Notes: generated from the letters alone by a model not told the origin. A DNA stretch of 64,000 nucleotides from Hamiltosporidium tvaerminnensis FI-OER-3-3 (GCA_022605425.2 JAKIMF020000007.1:186001-250000), one strand, 5' to 3'; shown: positions 24,369-37,335, numbered from the stretch's first letter. Made by a program: numbers and translations.

Positions 24369-26125
24369 CTCCCTCTGTCCGGAAATATGGTATACATTTC
24401 AAAAAAAACCGTAGATTATCGTGAATATAAAAAATAAATAGGCAACCGTCATGACATTGTCATAGTAAATATTCATGACAATATACCTAAAATTTTTGAC
24501 TTTAGTAATATTATTCTTAGTTAAAAAGTTGCCGCTCAAACATCAGTGTTTCTTAAGGTAAAAAAAAATAGTGCCGCTGCAAGACGAATATGGAAAATGT
24601 GGAAGAAAATTTGTTAAATTCAGAAAAAAGAGATTCAAAATATAAACAGTTAACTAAAGAACAACGTCAAGGTATTTTAGAAAAATTATTACAGCAGATG
24701 AAGGAGAATAAGTTAAAACACGGTGCCATCAACAAAGTTTCTTATGCCTTTCAAGTTTCCCGGCTAACCGTTAGCAGAATTTGGCATGCAGCACAAACTC
24801 AATACAGAAAAGGCAAGATATGTGCCGATGTTTCTTCAAAAAAGAAAAAAAAGGTGCGGAAGAAAACCTAAAGAATATTCGAACAAATTAGCGCAAATAA
24901 AGAATACGCCATTAAATCGTCGAGGAACGCCCCGCAGTCTTTTCTTTGCAATTGATATTCAAAAATCAACTTTGTTTGATATATTCAAGTCGGGAAAGTA
25001 TATCAAGAGAATATCTTCTACAGTTAAACCAACTTTAACAGATAAAAATAAAATGGACAGATTGAAATTTTGCTTGTCTAAAGTAAATCTTGCTAATAAT
25101 GGAGATTTGCTTTTTGATGATTTGTACGACTACGTTCACATTGATGAAAAGTGGTTTTATCTAACTAAAGTTAAGCGCTCTTATTACTTAATGTTAAACG
25201 AAGAAAATCCGGAGAGAAACTGCAAAAGTAAGCGATTTATTACGAAAATAATGTTCATGGCTGCAGTAGCTCGACCACGCTATGATGCACATCGAAAGCT
25301 TTATTTTGATGGGAAAATTGGAATATGGCCATTTGTTTATAAAGAACCAGCTCAAAGAAATTCTAAGAATAGGGCTAAAGGGACAATTATAACAAAAAAT
25401 GAGGAATCTGTTACAGCAGTACATTGCAAAAACATGATCATTGATAATGTAATTCCCGCAATTAAATCTAAATTTCCGCCAGCAGACAAAAAGAAAATAA
25501 TTTACGTACAACAAGACAATGCAAAACCCCATTTTTCTGATAATGATGCAGATATTGTCGCTCTTGGTTCTGCTGATGACTGGAATATTAAATTCAAGGC
25601 GCAACCGGCAAATAGCCCCGATTTAAATGTTCTTGATTTAGGTTTTTTCAACTCCATACAATCGCTGCAACATGAAGCTTCGCCACACACAATTGACGAA
25701 TTAATAAATTGTGTTCAAGATGCATTTCATCAATTAGAAGCTAATACTCTCGATAACGTTTTTACAACATTGCAAGCATGTATGGAGTCAATTATGTTAG
25801 CAGATGGAGGAAATGGCTATAAAATACCTCATATAAGTAAAGGAAAACTTGGTCGCGAAGGTCGACTGCTAGAAAAATATGTATGTTCGAAAGAATCATA
25901 CGTTAAAGCCAAATCAAATTTCGAGTGAACTTATTAATTTTAATATGTATTTTTTTAAATTTTATTTAATATTTGCATTAATATTTATTAAAATGTTCGA
26001 AATAAAGGTAATAAATAAACTTGTCATGTACATTTTTTGATTTATTTTATTTTTTCGCAAATGTATACCATATTTCCGGACAAAAAAATCGCTAAAATGT
26101 ATACCATATTTCCGGACAGAGGGAG
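24369..26125 (+). mobile_element. Complete Tc1/mariner DD39D (plant-mariner/Stowaway-type) DNA transposon
   Basis: Perfect 31-bp TIRs CTCCCTCTGTCCGGAAATATGGTATACATTT (24369-24399 and 26095-26125); TA duplication at 24367-24368 and 26126-26127. Confidence 0.97.
24590..25928 (+). CDS. DD39D transposase, split by one frameshift in an A-rich tract near 24838-24852
   Basis: N-terminal HTH in ORF 24590; IDEKWF, QQDNAKPH and QPANSPDLNVLDLGFF in ORF 24786; I count 39 residues between the second and third catalytic Asp. Confidence 0.93.
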
Positions 26126-28479
26126 TAATAAAAACCGATAAACAAATATAATGTTTTTGATTGAAGTAATGTAAAAAACATGCGTTTAAATCGACCTTAA
26201 AAGAAGATTATAAACCATAAATTTTGCAAAAGTTCAGGCTGCTAAGAAAACTGTTTTAAATAGTTTAAATATTTTTTAAATTTTTCTAAAATGTTGAAAC
26301 AGATAAATTTAATGCTAAATTTTAAAAATTTTCGAAACACAAACCGAAAAGAAATATTATTGAATATCTTCATTTCTTTATATCAAGACTATAGCAAAAA
26401 AATTTCTGAAACTTAGTATTCGATGTTTTGCAGACAACATGCTGGTTAGATAAGAAAAAGATAAATCTGCAAGTCGTTTTTGATTTCTGAAAAGTGTTCA
26501 GCTATGAAGATGTGAAATGTTTTATAAGTAAAGTCGAGAAAACTTATTAACAGTAACGTTAACATATTTTGATAGCTTTTAGATAAAAGAATTAAATTAT
26601 TTCAATCAAGGTAAAATAATGGCTTTTAAATAAGTATTGATATATTCTGATGCCGTCAAAAAGATATTTATAGCCTTGATTGACATATTTAAAACATATT
26701 ATAAGATCTGGAATGTATTAAACAATTTCATATGCTTGCAATTAGATTTATTTAACTTTTTAAACTAATATTCCAAATATGTTCTTCGAGTTCGCAAAGT
26801 GTAATGTTATAATATAATGAAAGTTTTTTTGACTTCTAAATTATGTTTTTTCTAACTTTATAGAATACTATAGATTTTCTATGCAAAAATGCTTTATTCT
26901 CAATCTAAAGAATTCTACGTGGCAAAAATATAAAATATATTTTTAAATGGTTCTAATATTTTAGATCAGAAGATGGTTTCATCCTAAAGCAAAACAACAT
27001 AATAAAACACATCGGATTTTTAGAGAATAATATGAAGAAATAAAACAATTTTAATTTATGAATTACACAGAAATAGAATTTCAATTCATTTGAAAGCCAC
27101 CTAATTCTTATTTAGAAATAAGTAGTAGTTTAATTGGTCATAATTAGATTAGGCTTGTCACAAAGTTTCTGAGCAAACCTACTATTATTATACAAATATT
27201 TAAAAATACACCTAGTAAGACCGAGAATATTTTATAAAATATTTATTTTCATATCATATATCCAAGATCTAAAGATTTTTCTTCGAAATTAAATAAATTA
27301 GATAAATCACAAGTGCTATAATATAACCAAATAAAAAAATAAATATTTTCTACAGATCTTATTTTTTTAAAAAAACACAAGTTTAAATGAACCTATAAAC
27401 CTATAAAAACCACAATTTTATCTTTAATTTATGAAATTATATTTAACATAATGAAATCTATAGAATAAAAAATAAAAATATACTTCAAGTTAAACGAAAT
27501 TTCTCTTCAAATGAAATACAATTTTTATATGAGTTAAACCTAATTCCCAGGTAAATTATATTTAATCACTAAAAATTACTGTAAAAATATTTATTCATAT
27601 TTGCTTATTGCTGGCTCGATATTCTTCATATTTATTTGATTTGAATTACTATTTTCTATTTTTATTTGATTGTTCCATGATATTTGACTCTTTTTTTTCA
27701 AATTAAAATTATTTCCTAAATTTTGATTTATTCTATTCACATTTTGTGGTTTTAGATCTGTCATCATTGATTCTCACAAACTCCTTATCTGGTATATACG
27801 TATACTTAAGAATAAGGATAAGAAATCTCGTTCCTTCATAGTAAATAGTAATGTTATATAAGTATTTGCGAATAAAAAATCAAAATTAATTTATTTTAAG
27901 CTATAATTAATCTCTAAATCCGATCTAAAATTACTAATAAGTATACAACAAAAAAAAGGAAATTCAATATTACTTTCAAAGAAATTTTTTTTTTACTGTT
28001 TTTATAAATAACCAAAATAATACCACCTTCTCGAGATTTTATATAAAAAATCAGTTATAAATCTTTATATATTTATTATTTTTTCTTGTTCAAATATTTT
28101 TTTTCTATTAAGATATGAAATATTCAAAAATTATAAAACCTAAAATTCTTATTTTGACAACATAAGGTAGGACAACTTGTTAAAAATCTATTAAAATATT
28201 CTATTCTAGTGTAAATATCCGCATTTTCTTTTTTAAATGTTTATTATTTAATATTATATTGACACGTGATTATAAAATTGGATATTTCGATTTCATATAA
28301 ATTAAGTGAAGTTCAATGCTGATAATACAAAAAAAAATTGTGTTGATTAGCAATATTATTTATCAAATCGAGATCTAACTTTCCATTATCTTTATAGAAC
28401 TTGAATTGTTTATTATAAGATTGAATTAGAAAAAACAGGTTCTGTCTGTACTTTGATTGATAACTATAGATGTCTATTA

Positions 28480-29654
28480 AATATAGAAACATGCAAGAAT
28501 AGAGAAATTTGTAAGAAGTAAATAATCTTTCAACATCATATTTCCATTTTTGCCCAATAAATTTGGATTATATTTGAAAAAATATATATTTTTAATAAAT
28601 CTGTAAAATACATTGCAGGTTTGTGTTTCATCAGAAAAATAAATGTTTTTCCTTAATAAAAAAAGTTTTTCAATCAAAAAACTTATTAGAATCATTCTTT
28701 CATAATATATCGCGGTATAAATTGGTTTATTTACGTCTATATGTGTAATCAAGTTTATAGATATTTGTTTGTATTTTCTGTTAAAAAAGTAATAAAAATG
28801 TTGGTAAGATTGATGTTATATTCGAGAAAAGAGTTAAATTATTAGTTCTAAATAGGAATCTAAGTGGGATTTCGAATTGAGGGAATAATTTGAATATTTT
28901 TTGATCAAAATTTTTATTAAATATTGAAATTAATTCATATGCCCAGATCATTTCTATCCTATTGAAGTTTAATAACTTTGCTTTAAATATTTTTGTGTTG
29001 TTTTTTTTCTAGAATTTAATTTTACTATTTATAAAAGTTATTACACCTTTCAGTGTTGATGCAGTATTCACAATTCTAAATATCTCTTCAAATATTTCGA
29101 ACATTTCTTGATTAATAAACTCTTTAATGATTGAGTTTAATTTTTCGAACCAAAGATGTAAACTATTGGTATTTTTGCTTACAAAACAGTCATAGATTGA
29201 TCAAGAAGATTTCCGAGTATCGTGTTTTAAACAAACTTTGTCTGCATCATCGTTTTTTGGATTTGTAAAACAATATTTATTTTCTTCTTTGAAAAATGAA
29301 AAACAGGTATCATTTAACGGATCACGTAACTACAACTTGGAATTGATTCTAATTTTTTTTCATCATCATTATTACATATTATATCAGAGTTTTCATCTTC
29401 CATCGGAATAATACTAGTTGCGTTTAAATATTTGAGGTTTGTTTGATTGTACGAAGCACCTGATTCATTTCTTGTTATTTGATGATTTTGAATTTTTTTT
29501 ATTTTGGTCTTTAATATCCTTAAAAGTTTGGTACCGGTAGAAGTTTTAGGTTTGTGATATCTTGATTGTCTTGACTTCACTTGTGATTTTTTATTTTCTA
29601 AAGAAGATGTAATACATGTAAATAAAATATAATTGTCCAAATAGAAATTCTCAT
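28480..29654 (-). pseudogene. Disrupted gene, probably a secreted orphan protein
   Basis: ATG at 29654 gives MRISIWTIIF, which by frameshift joins LFTCITSSLENKK of ORF 29314-29667; further open stretches with stops and frameshifts continue to ORF 28477-28752. Confidence 0.45.
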
Positions 29655-29930
29655 TTTTTAGCGTCAAATTTTTTTTGATTTTAAAACTTTTTTAATCAAA
29701 TTCACAAAGGACCAATCAAAATGACATCATGCAATCAATAGTACCTTAAAAAACTGTCAAACCTTTTTTTGATACATAATAAATGATAAGAGATACTAAT
29801 ATCAGTGGTATTTTATCTTTAAACCCGAGAAAGATATGTTTAGGAAGGAGATTTGCAAACAATTTATACCAAATGAATATTCGAAAGAAAACAAAAAAGA
29901 TAATGAAAAGCACAATATTTTGTTAAATTT

Positions 29931-30620
29931 GATATAAGATAACATCATAGAAACGATATTCTTGCTAAATATAATATGAAAGTGTAACGGAAATCATTGC
30001 TTAAGTTTTTGATGGAATGAAACTGACACTACATTTCAGCTATTTCATGATAATTTCTATATAATAGAGAAAATTTCAAAATAATAAAAAGAGTAAAGCG
30101 TTTGCTTCAATTTCATATCTAACTAGATTGTAATTTACAGTTGATCTTTTAGGAAATTACCATTAAAAAGTTTAAACCTTGCCCAGTTGAAGTAAAGTAA
30201 GAGGCTTTGCGCAGATATACAAAATAACATTACTTCTAAAGCCAAATGAAAGCTAAATAGCAAAATATAACCTTTTTATGACATTAAAGCCTGTAGGTGG
30301 ACCTCCATATAAGCTGCCGAGATATATCTCGGCAAAAATCTATTTAGTGGCTAAATGTAGTGTAACCGGGAAAGCTGGTAGTCTTAGACCCTAAAGCAAG
30401 TTTAAAAATGCAACTAAAATATTAACCAGTTTAGTATTCCCCACGCTTATTAAATAGTTGTGTGATCCTTTGTGATAAACGTTTCAAGACCTAGGTATCT
30501 TAAGGTATAATATGTAATCTTGATAAAAGTTATTCATTTTAAACCAAGAATTGCGTTGATGTCTTGAAAGCAGTATAAAGCATACCAATTTTGCAACAAT
30601 ATGTTATATTTATTAAATTA
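29931..30620 (+). mobile_element. Old diverged copy (D) of the SINE-like element
   Basis: Colinear matches: aaatcattgcttaagtttttgatggaatgaaactgacactacat, taactagattg, gaaagctaaatagca, tatgacatt, taggtggacc, tagtctt, taggtatc, aaaccaagaattgcgttgatgtcttgaaa. The GC-rich hairpin region is largely lost. Confidence 0.85.
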
Positions 30621-31149
30621 GGAAGTAAATCCTTTGGTTTTACATACGAAATAAAAAGGTAACTCTAAAAAAAAGATTATCCCAATAGGCTTCGACAATT
30701 TAGAACAATTTAGATAACATGTCAGCATCATATTTTTTAAAAATAGCCTTTTCTAATTCGTCTAAAAAACTAATAAATATATTTACCTTTTGCAATTAAT
30801 AATGAAATTATCTAATCAAAAATAAGCTATTATTTACAGATTTGATTAATTATGTCTTCTTTTTTATTGTCTTTTTCATTATATTTGGCTCATTCCAAAT
30901 TTGAAATAGCTGTCTGATTTTGGGTTATTCATCACATACCGAGCTTAATAATTTTGCTATTTATAATTCTATATTTTTCTTCGTAATCGGTATGGTATAT
31001 ATGCACAATAATTTTTGAGGGCTTTATATATTACAAAATTTTGATTTTGGTTCGGATTACAGTTGATGGCTCTTTTTCTGTTAAATCTGAAAAAATCTCT
31101 TATCAATCAAAATATATGGTTTAATTGTTTTTTTGTTCTATTAACTGAA

Positions 31150-31640
31150 TTGGATCTTCGACCATACATGTATATGAAGCTTTGTAATATATTTTATGTC
31201 TTTAGCTTGCAATGTGATTCTGGTTAATCACATAAGAGTTATCTCTATACTACACTTATAAATAAGACCCAACTCATTAGCTAATCGGCTTTCTTATTGG
31301 ATTTTCGGTTTAAAAATTTAAGACAAATTTTGTAAATGAAGTTCGAGCATCCGAAAGGCTAGCTAGATTTGCTTGTATTCCAAAATATACATACCAGAGT
31401 AAATTATTCCAAATTTAAACTAAGCTACATAAAGCTGTTCAATACTATATTTGCATACAAATTCTCAATGATTTCTTGAACAGAATGCCTTTTACCTCGT
31501 TTTTTAAAGCTTAATGTATTATTTAAGTAAAAAATTAGTGGAGGGGGGATAATCAAATTATAAACTATATGCTTTGTAATGAATTTTAGAATTGGTGTTA
31601 AAATATTTGTGACATTTTGGTGTGATATAAGCTAGATTAG
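31150..31640 (-). mobile_element. Relic fragments of the RLE retrotransposon endonuclease region
   Basis: tatctctatactacacttataaataagacccaactcattagctaa is the reverse complement of LANELGLIYKCS.EI; gatttcttgaacagaatgcc is the reverse complement of HSVQEI. Confidence 0.7.
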
Positions 31641-32486
31641 TTTCATTAGCCGATCCCTCATAATCCCGAGTTATAACAGATTAAAAGAGAGTTGGAGTAA
31701 GTATGTAAGTGAAATTCCAGGGTTTATCCCACAGAAAAATTTTAGGGGGTCTAAAATAGTCATACTCAATCGTTATTTGAATAAAAGTGCTTGTCCATTA
31801 TTAATTTACAATTTACCTAAATATTTCATACTTTTACATCAAGTATATTTATGCTTTCCAAACCGAAGCATGGGGTATTTCTTATAGTCTAACATTATAT
31901 TTTGAACGTACTTTGATAATTCGCCATTTAAGCACTTTTAATCTTGGTTTCTTCTAATCAACCACATTTAAAAAATAAATATATAAATTTAATCAAATTG
32001 ATTCAAATAAAGAATTTTAAATTTAAAATATAATATATCGTGAAAAAATCTACACTCTGATGTCTTTTATCTTATTTATCCTCATATTCTTTATTTATAC
32101 TTTCAAAAATATCTCTTCCCATAATATTTTAATAGAAAATAAAATGTAAAGTAAGTAAATTAAGTTTTAACAGATCATCAATAATCATTAAATATCTCAA
32201 AATTAATTATGAATTATTTATATATGACTTCTTTAAACACTAAAATCAAAAAAAAATAATATCAAAATTGAATATAAAATATTATATACAACCTGTTATG
32301 ATCTACAAAAACAAAAATAGTAAGAACTGCATTTCTATGCCTTTACTTTATTGTAAATGAACGAAACAAATACTCAATTATATTGAATATCATTTATTCA
32401 AATTTTTGATTGAAAAATATTTTTAAAAACAAAATTGAATTTCTAAGTAATTCAAATTTTAATAACAAAAAACACAGCCCTGTTTA

Positions 32487-32660
32487 ATGGAAAAAGAAAT
32501 AAGAGAATGTGAAAAGGAACTTAAAAATCTTGAAAAAGAATTAATTAATTATATTCTTGATAATTTGAATGACTTTTTTGATGTAACAAAGAAATATAAT
32601 TTAGATATTTCTAAAATATTAAATGATATTGAGGAATGTAAAAATGATATATTTAATTAG
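32487..32660 (+). CDS. 57-aa coiled-coil micro-protein, Vps51/COG N-terminal-like
   Basis: MEKEIRECEKELKNLEKELINYILDNLNDFFDVTKKYNLDISKILNDIEECKNDIFN*; CCC at 32478-32480 just before the ATG; below the ORF-track cutoff. The family call is by recalled motif resemblance only. Confidence 0.65.
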   Translation: MEKEIRECEKELKNLEKELINYILDNLNDFFDVTKKYNLDISKILNDIEECKNDIFN

Positions 32661-32864
32661 AAAATAGGTTAAAATTTTGTTTTTTTAGATATGATACATT
32701 TATTATTGCATACTTTTTTTTATTATTTTTATAAAAAAGGAATGTTTTATTGATTGTTTTACTATTACATAAATCAATAACTTGGCATTTTTTTAATTCT
32801 TTTTTAAATAAGTGACTGAATATTTCTAAATAATATTATAATGTATTTGATATTTTTATTATAA

Positions 32865-33588
32865 TTTTTTTATTTAAAAGTATCACATTTTTTTAAAATA
32901 GTGGCAAGTGTTATATTTTTTTTCATGACATTAACGCAGTTCTAGGTTTAACATAAATGACTGCTACCCCAACACTCCATCGGTAACCCCTGCGACACCT
33001 ACATCCCAAAGCCTTTCATCTACCAGGTTTTAGAACCTAATTAATAAGCGAGGCAGTTGCCCGGAGTTCGTTAATGTCCGTTGCATGGTGTGTGATCGAA
33101 GGCCGAAGCCCCCCCGGGCTCCCCCAAGAGTATGCAGCATTCCCACTTACTCTACACTTTCTGAACCCAATAAACTTCTAGGTAAAATATATTTCAGAGA
33201 TTTACATGGGGTCCAACTAGACAGTGCAATGCCATAAAACAAGTATAACCTACTACTTAGCTCTCCCGGCTTTTAATGATTTTAATTTTTATATCTCCCA
33301 GGCGCTAAGTCTTCTGACCCGAGTAAGCAAGGCTAGGTTTCCATGCTTTTACATGGCAATTACCTACATGTTCAGCTGTGGTCTGTAATCTAGTTACATA
33401 AAAAACTACAAAAAAATCGTAGAAAAAGTTTCGCCATTTCGTAGACCTCTCCTCCTCATAACAACTCCCATGGATCAACCGAAGATGTAGTGTGGTTTTA
33501 TTCCTACCAAAAATCCAAACAATGATTTAACACCAGTTTCACACACTCATTGCCAAGCAGAAAGCTTTTGATGTAGTTATCCTCCCTC
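32865..33588 (-). mobile_element. SINE-like structured non-coding element, copy A
   Basis: Reverse complement is colinear over the full length with copies B and C, from GAGGGAGGATAAC to GATACTTTTAAATAAA followed by a short A run; no TSD recognised. Confidence 0.92.
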
Positions 33589-33689
33589 TATCAAGAAGAT
33601 ACAATAAAATTAAAACTATTCAATAAAATTTATTCCTATTTCTTTAAAATATTAAATAAGTATAAAATATTAAATAGATATATAGTATT

Positions 33690-33990
33690 AACCCTTTAAT
33701 CTACTTCTTAATATTACCCTTTGATATAACCCTATATTATTACCTCTCTCTTTAATATTATAATTTCTTTAACCTTATATCCCTACCCCTATTCTCTTAC
33801 CCCTTAAAATATTACTCTCTCTCTTTAATCCTATACCCTTATAATATTACTCTCTCTCTTTAATCCTATACCCTTATAATATTACTCTCTATTGATATTG
33901 CTCTCTTACCCTTAAAATATTACTCTCATTATTCCTACTCTCTTTTGAATTACCCTCTTACCCCTTTTCTATTCAACCCCTTTTCTCTTT
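33690..33990. repeat. Pyrimidine-rich low-complexity repeats (aatattactctctctctttaatcctatacccttat and variants)
   Basis: Repeated attactct and taccct units upstream of the Dsk2-like gene. Confidence 0.75.
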
Positions 33991-34048
33991 CTCCTTAAAA
34001 AAAACATTTTATTAAAAAACAAAATCCACCCTAGAAAACACAAAAGAA

Positions 34049-35041
34049 ATGCAAATTACATTAAAACTAAACAACAAAAAAATAACCTTAGAAGTAGATT
34101 CTATTGAAATGTCAATTCTATCAGTAAAAAAGAAATTAGAAGAAGTATTAGAAGAAGGTAGTAAGATACCAGCAGAGCAGCAGAAGTTTGTAATTAATGG
34201 TATATTTTTAGACAATAAGAAGACACTTAAAGATTATGATATAACAGAATCTTCTGTTATTCATGTTATTGGTACGAGACGAACAATAAACGTACCAAGC
34301 AAGAAAGATTCTAGTATAGGACAGACCAATCAGTCTAATATTTCTTCTAATCCACCTTCACATCCTAATATTCCTAATATTGGTAATCAACCTTCTTATC
34401 CATCAAATCCTAATATTCCTTCTAATGACTCGTTTAATGATGTTATTTCTTCACAATTAGATGCTTTTATTAACAATCCTTCAATTATGGACCAACAGTT
34501 TGGTTCTTTTATGGGAAACATGAACGAAGAACAAAAAAGTGCGTGGAAAAAAGTCATGACTGAACAATTAAAAGAAATAAAAAAAAATCCTCAACTTTTG
34601 AGACAAATGATGAGCCAGTTTTCAGGGATGGGCGATCCAAATTATATGGCACAGCAGCCATACGGAGCACCATATGGAGCACCAATGCAATCTCCATACA
34701 ACATACCTCAACCTATTCCACAACCACCAATGCAATCTCCATACAATACATCTCAACCACCAATGCAATCTCCATACAATATACCTCAACAGTACAATAC
34801 TCCCACAATTCCATGTAGTCATGGTTTCTATCCTCTTTATTTTATAAATTACCTCTCTTCAATAAATAAGAAACAACCTGAAATTACAAATTATGAAGAA
34901 TTTTTTAAAGAACAACTTAAACTTTTAGAAGAAATGGGTTATACAAATAAACAGGTTAATCTTGAAGCACTTAAAGAATGTAATGGAGATATTAATGATG
35001 CTATTGATTGGATTATTCGGTGGAATTCTAGTAAGAAGTAA
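34049..35041 (+). CDS. DSK2: Ubiquilin/Dsk2-like UBL-STI1-UBA ubiquitin receptor
   Basis: N-terminal UBL (IPAEQQKFVINGIFLDNKKTLKDYDI), STI1-like NP..M motifs, C-terminal UBA (QLKLLEEMGYTNKQVNLEALKECNGDINDAIDW); CCC at 34029. Confidence 0.88.
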   Translation: MQITLKLNNKKITLEVDSIEMSILSVKKKLEEVLEEGSKIPAEQQKFVINGIFLDNKKTLKDYDITESSVIHVIGTRRTINVPSKKDSSIGQTNQSNISSNPPSHPNIPNIGNQPSYPSNPNIPSNDSFNDVISSQLDAFINNPSIMDQQFGSFMGNMNEEQKSAWKKVMTEQLKEIKKNPQLLRQMMSQFSGMGDPNYMAQQPYGAPYGAPMQSPYNIPQPIPQPPMQSPYNTSQPPMQSPYNIPQQYNTPTIPCSHGFYPLYFINYLSSINKKQPEITNYEEFFKEQLKLLEEMGYTNKQVNLEALKECNGDINDAIDWIIRWNSSKK

Positions 35042-35624
35042 GGGTTATTGTTTGAATTGATTTATGATTTGATTCTAGTGAGAAATAAAAAGATGTGAAA
35101 TTTATTTTTTATTATTTATTATTTATAGATTTTGTATTTTTTATTATTTATTTTGTATTTATTTTTATTATTTATCTATTAACTTTTATTTTTTGTATTC
35201 TATATTTATTAGGATTTTTATTTATTTTTTATTATTTATTTATTAGTATTTATTTTTTGGATTGGATTTGTTGTACTCTATATTTATTATTATTATTTTA
35301 TTTTTCTCTATTTTCTATATTTATCTTTATAGTTTATTATATTAAGGTTTATTTTTTGGTTTTTTCTTTATTTTCTATTTTAAATTATTTAATTATCTTT
35401 TTATTTATTTCCCCTATTTCCTTTACTTCTTACTCTACTTCTTCTTATCCCATCTATTATTATACTTCTCTTATAATAATTCTTATATTCTCTTTATTAT
35501 TATATTCTTATTAATATAATTTATCAGTTACTTAATTAAGTATAAATTATATTAAATTAATAAGGATATAGGAATAAGGATATTTAATAGGGATAGGTAG
35601 TCTAAGACTATATTATTAGATAAT

Positions 35625-35880
35625 AGGATTTAATAGTTTAATGGATTTATTATTTTATTATTTTATAGGACTTAATATTTTAATGGATTTATTATTTTAT
35701 TATTTTATAGGATTTAATATTTTAATGGATTTATTATTTTATTATTTTATAGGATTTAATATTTTATTATTTTATAGGATTTAATAGTTTAATGGATTTA
35801 TTATTTTAATAGATGTATTGGTTTTAAGGATTTATAAGTCAATGGACTTATTATTTTATTAGTTTATAGGATTTATTATT
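35625..35880. repeat. Degenerate tandem repeat (ggatttattattttattattttata / ggatttaatattttaat)
   Basis: Repeated units visible directly. Confidence 0.85.
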
Positions 35881-35930
35881 ATTTTTTTAATTCTTTAATT
35901 TCTAAGTAAATTTATTATTTATCAATCTAT

Positions 35931-36157
35931 AAATTACTCATTAGTAGATTACTTATTAGTAAATATTTATTAGTAAATTACTTATTAGTAGATTACTCAT
36001 TAGTAGATTACTTATTGGTAGATTACTTATTAGTAGATTACTCATTAGTAGATTACTTATTAGTAGATTACTCATTGGTAGATTACTCATTAGTAGATTA
36101 CTTATTAGTAAATTACTCATTAGTAGATTACTCATTGGTAGATTACTTATTAGTAAA
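35931..36157. repeat. 15-bp minisatellite (GATTACT[C/T]ATT[A/G]GTA), ~15 copies
   Basis: Head-to-tail units with no spacers. Confidence 0.95.
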
Positions 36158-36279
36158 GTAGGAAGAAGTATATTTATTAAATTATATTAGAGTATATATT
36201 ATAAAGTGATATTTTAATTATAGATTTGTATTAATAAGATTTATGTTAGAGAAATATTACTATGTTTAGCTATAACAAT

Positions 36280-36560
36280 CTATAAATACAAATATGAATC
36301 TTTATTTAAAATCCAAATACAAATATGAATTTTTATTTACAAATCCAAATACAAATACAGATATAAAATTTAATTTGGAAATCTAAATATAAATACAAAT
36401 CTATAACCATAAATATAGAGCTATAAAAAAATACTCGTTAAAAATCTAAATACAAATCTAAATACTGATATAAATAATGATATAAATACAAATCTAAATA
36501 CTGATATAAATACTGATATACAACGACAAATATAAATTTACAAATACAAATATAGATCTA
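36280..36560. repeat. Low-complexity AAATAC/AAATCT repeats
   Basis: Recurring aaatacaaat and aaatactgatat units. Confidence 0.7.
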
Positions 36561-37335
36561 TATATGAGTTGTATTTAATATATCAGTTGTATATATATGG
36601 AAATATTAATAAATCACTAGTGATAAATTACTTATTTAGAAATAGTTAATTAAAAATATAATATAGCAGATGAGAGGAATGACAGGTTATAAAGAATATA
36701 AAAGTAGATATTAATATATGGTTGTATAGTTGTATGTATATGGTATATACATAGTATACGTATAATATATTATAATGTAATGTAATATATTATTTTTTAT
36801 ATATTCTTATATATTTCTTAAATGGTAATAAATTGATGAAGTGTATTTGGTAGGTTTAATTAAACAAAATTTAATATATTTTTTTGATTTTAAAAGTTTA
36901 GATTAAATAATTTGGTGTAAATCAAATTGTAGAGAAATATGTTATTGAGTTGCGTTTAGAAGATTGAATTTATGTTTGGACTGAATTGTATAGTTTAATA
37001 AATTAATAAATCTTTATTCTTATGTACAGTTACATCCTATTAAAACTAATACTAGTAATACTTGATACTAATATCAATATTAATACTAATACTTATATTA
37101 ATATTTACATATATACTACTTTCAAAGACAATATTAATACTAATATTAGTACTCATACTTATATTAATACTTACGTTTCCCGCTAAAAGTTGTCATTAAC
37201 TTGATATTTATATATATTTCTATATCAAGTATTAAAGCGATCGATATTTTAATTTATATATATCTGTAATTAGGATATTCCAGAATTGGAAATATGTAAC
37301 CTATTTAAACAGAAAAGTGATGTGTACCCATCGAA

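Noticed and set aside
35095-35514. 139-aa hydrophobic ORF
   Set aside because: Artefact of T-rich low-complexity DNA; GTG start; F/I/L/Y-dominated.
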